Positions 14,142 to 16,869 of a DNA stretch of 16,869 nt are shown piece by piece (within the stretch, counting starts at the first letter, position 1; each line of letters starts with the position of its first letter). Origin of the DNA: a virus; the IMG/VR virus record IMGVR_UViG_3300045988_062617, positions 1-16,869 of that record, one strand, 5' to 3'. A program made the translations under genes and the position numbers. The notes beneath the pieces are model-generated. The model was given only the letters and a program-made list of their open reading frames with translations. It made no database searches and was not told the origin of the DNA.

Positions 14142-16775
14142 ATGTTTACAGATGTAGAAACACTTAGATACTGGACTTTAAAGGCGTTACCATTGGTTTA
14201 CGATGACTCACTTAGTTATATGGAAGTGCAGGGCAAAATTGTTAAAAAATTAAACGAGCTGATTAAGAACAATAATCAGTTGCCAGAACACATTAGAGAG
14301 CTTATTAAAACGTACATTTCCAGTGGTGAAATTGATAACATTATTGCTGAGATTTTAAGTGATTATATGCTTAGTGTTAAAAATCCACCAGAAAATTTGA
14401 AACCTGCTGTTGGTGATGGCTCAGCAGATGATACAGAAGCAATTCAGGGTTGTTTGGACTATGCCAAAGCCCACCATGGTATGTGCGTTTACTTCCCGAG
14501 TGGTGCTTATCTTACTAGCACAATAACACTTCCAGAAAATAGTGATGTTACTATGTTTGGTCAGGGAAGATATGTTACTAGACTGGTACTTAGAGGTGGC
14601 GCAACCGAAGCTATGTTAAAGGGTTCAGTAAAGAGTCTTACTTTAACAGGTTTGATGTTTGACGGAAACGGGGATATTCAGGTTAATAATGTTGACCTTA
14701 TCAAGTGTAATGTTGCTAACGCTAGTATTTCGCAGTGCATTCTTACAGATGGATTCAATTTGCTTGATGTTAACGCTAGTGGAAATGTACAGATTAGTCA
14801 TGTTATTTTTGACCATGCTATTGAAGAAAGTTTAATTATTCGTGGTACTGGTAACTCACATTGTGATAATATTACATTTAATACTATTTCAAGCCTAGTC
14901 GGAAAAGAATTTTTTACATTAGAATCTAATGATAATGTTGTTAAATGCAACTGCACAGGCGATGCTAGAAAACTGTTCACAGTTAGTGGCAACAGAAACT
15001 ACATTGAAGTAGATAACATTAGTGGTAACGTTGAAATACCTACCTTTAGTGATACTGGTGAACAGAATACAATTAAGATTAACAGAATTGCTATTAAGGA
15101 TAAAGTTAAAACTACTGATTTTTCAAGCGAAATAACTATTGTTAACTGTGGTGATGCTAATATTAACGGAAGTAGCAAGACAGAAGAATATACTGGTGAT
15201 GTTAGTTGTAGTGGCGTAAACAAGACAGAAGAATATACTGGTGATGTTAGTTGCAGTGGCGTAAACAAGACAGAAACATTTACTGGTGATGCTAGTTGCA
15301 GTGGTGTAAACAAGACAGAAACATTTACTGGTGACGAACAAAATAGATGTAATAATTACGAGCTTGATGCAAAAATGGTTACTATCGGTAGTGATAGAAC
15401 GCTAAATATTATAGAAAAAACAGAAAGCAAAACAGAAACGATTAACGGAAATTTAGTTAAAAATATTGACACATTAAACGAAACAATAACAGGAAATAGA
15501 ACTATAACTTGTAATGGAACAAATAAAGAAACTTATACGGGTAGTACAATAGAAAGAAGTAAAGATAAATCTGTTATCGCTGATACTATTGACGTGGATT
15601 CAAAGAATCCAATTAAATACAAAACACCTATACAGTCACCTACAACAGAATTTTTTGACTATGTGCCTATATTAGACAGAGATGGCAATGAAAGAAAAGT
15701 AATGGTTGAAAATGAAAAGACCAAACACCTTGCATCTACAACTGAAAGCTATGTTCTTATCATTGGTGATAGCTACGCCGGAGGATTTACCGCAGGTGGA
15801 GACGTTACTGGTTTTCCAAAACTTATGGCACAATACGCTGGATGGGTTGAAAATAAAACATACTGGCATGAAGAAACAGGTGGTGCAGGTTTTGGTAAAA
15901 AAGGTGGAGCAGACTTTACTAAAGACTTTAACCAGTTAACGACAGACGCTTATAATAGAATGAATGATGTCCAGAGATTGGGTATTAAGAAAATCCTGTA
16001 TGCAGGTGGATGGAACGATGCTGATGTATCGCAGTCTAATATTATGACAGGGATGAAGAACACATTTACTAATGCTCGGAAAAAATTCCCTAACGCTGAA
16101 ATCTATGTGGCTATGATTGGATGGAGTGTTGACTATAGTAAACGTGAAGAGATTATTACTAATGCACTTCCTGCTTATACTAGGTGTGGTAAATATGGAG
16201 CTAGATATATTACTAATTCAGAATATATTATGCACAACTATGGTGGTATCAGTAGATCCGATAATCAGCACCCTAACGAAGAGAACCAAGACTTAATAGC
16301 TACCTATCTTTTAAGCGGGATTTTACATGGTAATTGTGATGTACAGTATAGGCAACGTGTTCCATTCCATATTAACGAAAAAGCTGTTTCAAAAATTAGT
16401 AGCTTAGGTGTAATGAGCTTATCGAATGATGTTACATCATGGAACATTGGACGTATAACTATTGACTTTAATTATAATAATAAAATTAGTGGTGGTAGTA
16501 TTGTTCAGGTTGCTACAGTTGATGAAAATTGCTTGATACTTGGTGGTCCGTTAGGGTCTAATAAATTTAGTGCCTCAGTTAATGGATATATGCAAGACGA
16601 GTCAGGTGGAACTAAATTCTATGATTTTAACGGCGTTATTTCTATTGACGCAGGACATGTCAACTTGTCATTTGACAAGATTAACGGTACCAATAATGGG
16701 TATCAAAATTTTGACAGGCCTTATCAGGCTAACATTGATGTAGCTACGATTACTACGGCTAGTATAGAGTGCTAG
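14142..16775 (+). CDS. Tail appendage / receptor-binding protein: N-terminal anchor, pectate-lyase-like beta-helix, 15-aa repeat shaft, SGNH/GDSL hydrolase domain and C-terminal domain (877 aa)
   Basis: It occupies the phi29 gp12 position. GDGSADDTEAIQGCLDYAKAHHGMCVYFPSGAYL is a pectate_lyase_3-type beta-helix signature. The SGNH blocks are IIGDSYAGG (G542 D543 S544, nt 15765-15773), YAGGWNDA and DNQHPN (D707/H710, nt 16260-16271). Confidence 0.85.
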   Translation: MFTDVETLRYWTLKALPLVYDDSLSYMEVQGKIVKKLNELIKNNNQLPEHIRELIKTYISSGEIDNIIAEILSDYMLSVKNPPENLKPAVGDGSADDTEAIQGCLDYAKAHHGMCVYFPSGAYLTSTITLPENSDVTMFGQGRYVTRLVLRGGATEAMLKGSVKSLTLTGLMFDGNGDIQVNNVDLIKCNVANASISQCILTDGFNLLDVNASGNVQISHVIFDHAIEESLIIRGTGNSHCDNITFNTISSLVGKEFFTLESNDNVVKCNCTGDARKLFTVSGNRNYIEVDNISGNVEIPTFSDTGEQNTIKINRIAIKDKVKTTDFSSEITIVNCGDANINGSSKTEEYTGDVSCSGVNKTEEYTGDVSCSGVNKTETFTGDASCSGVNKTETFTGDEQNRCNNYELDAKMVTIGSDRTLNIIEKTESKTETINGNLVKNIDTLNETITGNRTITCNGTNKETYTGSTIERSKDKSVIADTIDVDSKNPIKYKTPIQSPTTEFFDYVPILDRDGNERKVMVENEKTKHLASTTESYVLIIGDSYAGGFTAGGDVTGFPKLMAQYAGWVENKTYWHEETGGAGFGKKGGADFTKDFNQLTTDAYNRMNDVQRLGIKKILYAGGWNDADVSQSNIMTGMKNTFTNARKKFPNAEIYVAMIGWSVDYSKREEIITNALPAYTRCGKYGARYITNSEYIMHNYGGISRSDNQHPNEENQDLIATYLLSGILHGNCDVQYRQRVPFHINEKAVSKISSLGVMSLSNDVTSWNIGRITIDFNYNNKISGGSIVQVATVDENCLILGGPLGSNKFSASVNGYMQDESGGTKFYDFNGVISIDAGHVNLSFDKINGTNNGYQNFDRPYQANIDVATITTASIEC
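15177..15335 (+). repeat. In-frame 45-bp tandem repeat, about 3.5 copies, inside the appendage gene
   Basis: The units are 15177-15221, 15222-15266, 15267-15311 and a partial unit at 15312-15335. They encode KTEEYTGDVSCSGVN (twice), KTETFTGDASCSGVN and KTETFTGD. Copies 1 and 2 differ by one synonymous nucleotide (TGT/TGC). Confidence 0.9.
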
Positions 16776-16785
16776 TGTAATGGTG

Positions 16786-16827
16786 AGCAGGTTTGTATGC
16801 AGATAAATGCATATGAGCCTGCTTTTT
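16786..16827 (+). terminator. Late-operon intrinsic terminator
   Basis: A composite hairpin in which AGCAGG (16786-16791) pairs with CCTGCT (16818-16823). An inner TATGCA/TGCATA stem lies within it, and TTTTT follows at 16823-16827. It starts 11 nt after the appendage stop codon and ends just inside the right ITR. Confidence 0.75.
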
Positions 16828-16842
16828 AGTGTACATATGAAA

Positions 16843-16869
16843 AGGGGGTTTGAAATTTAATGGGGCAAA
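16843..16869. repeat. Right inverted terminal repeat (ITR), 27 bp
   Basis: AGGGGGTTTGAAATTTAATGGGGCAAA is the reverse complement of nt 1-27. Confidence 0.9.

Noticed and set aside
15177-15335. Possible CRISPR-like array (regularly spaced repeats)
   Set aside because: The repeats are directly adjacent with no spacers. They are in frame inside a long ORF and encode a sensible peptide repeat. This is a coding tandem repeat, not a CRISPR array.
1046-15939. The many other track ORFs of 60-133 aa that lie antisense to, or in alternative frames of, the large genes. Coordinates: 1046-1240-, 1918-2115-, 2036-2224-, 3537-3938-, 5031-5213-, 6854-7051-, 7312-7497-, 9103-9303-, 9571-9849-, 9991-10365-, 9993-10184+, 10453-10635-, 12083-12400-, 12799-13029-, 13205-13453-, 14798-14992-, 14999-15313-, 15123-15341-, 15672-15869-, 15706-15939+
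   Set aside because: Each is fully embedded in a gene with strong motif support. None has an RBS or promoter, and the translations are Ser/Leu/Phe-rich nonsense. The 14999-15341 pair simply mirrors the coding tandem repeat.
1-16869. Interpretation as a prophage, plasmid or chromosomal island
   Set aside because: There is no integrase, recombinase, att-like direct repeat, partition gene or host gene. Exact ITRs at the window ends together with the TP/polymerase pair fit a free linear lytic phage genome.

Overview
The window appears to be a complete linear dsDNA genome of a small phi29-like, protein-primed podophage. The host is probably an AT-rich Gram-positive bacterium. Exact 27-bp inverted terminal repeats occupy nt 1-27 and 16843-16869, the very ends of the window.

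Early region (+ strand): three sigma-A-type promoters share the motif ACTTGACAA. They drive four small ORFans, two paralogous phi29 p6-like DNA-binding proteins, a p5-like SSB, a terminal protein and a family-B protein-primed DNA polymerase. A 59-aa zinc-ribbon ORF that is too short for the ORF track follows the polymerase gene. A bidirectional terminator lies at 5635-5676.

The packaging ATPase is the only gene on the - strand.

Late region (+ strand): two back-to-back divergent promoters at 6853-6896 drive the ATPase gene and the late operon. The late operon encodes holin, CW_7 endolysin, tail lysin, scaffold, major capsid protein, tail knob, connector, lower collar and an 877-aa appendage. 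It ends at a terminator at 16786-16827. I found no integrase, tRNA or CRISPR array.

Signals the genes do not explain:
- A 62-nt intergenic element occurs twice (730-791 and 1331-1392). It folds into a compact three-way junction plus a hairpin, and two of its loops are mutually complementary.
- A promoter-driven, highly structured non-coding stretch of about 200-240 nt lies at 1733-1975. No prohead RNA is otherwise identifiable in this genome, so both elements are candidate pRNA analogues or cis-regulatory RNAs.
- A scar duplicating the polymerase 3' end flanks the zinc-ribbon ORF.
- The appendage combines a beta-helix domain, 15-aa tandem repeats and an SGNH esterase domain.

Homology calls rest on motif recognition and on phi29 protein sequences recalled from memory. 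No database search was possible.
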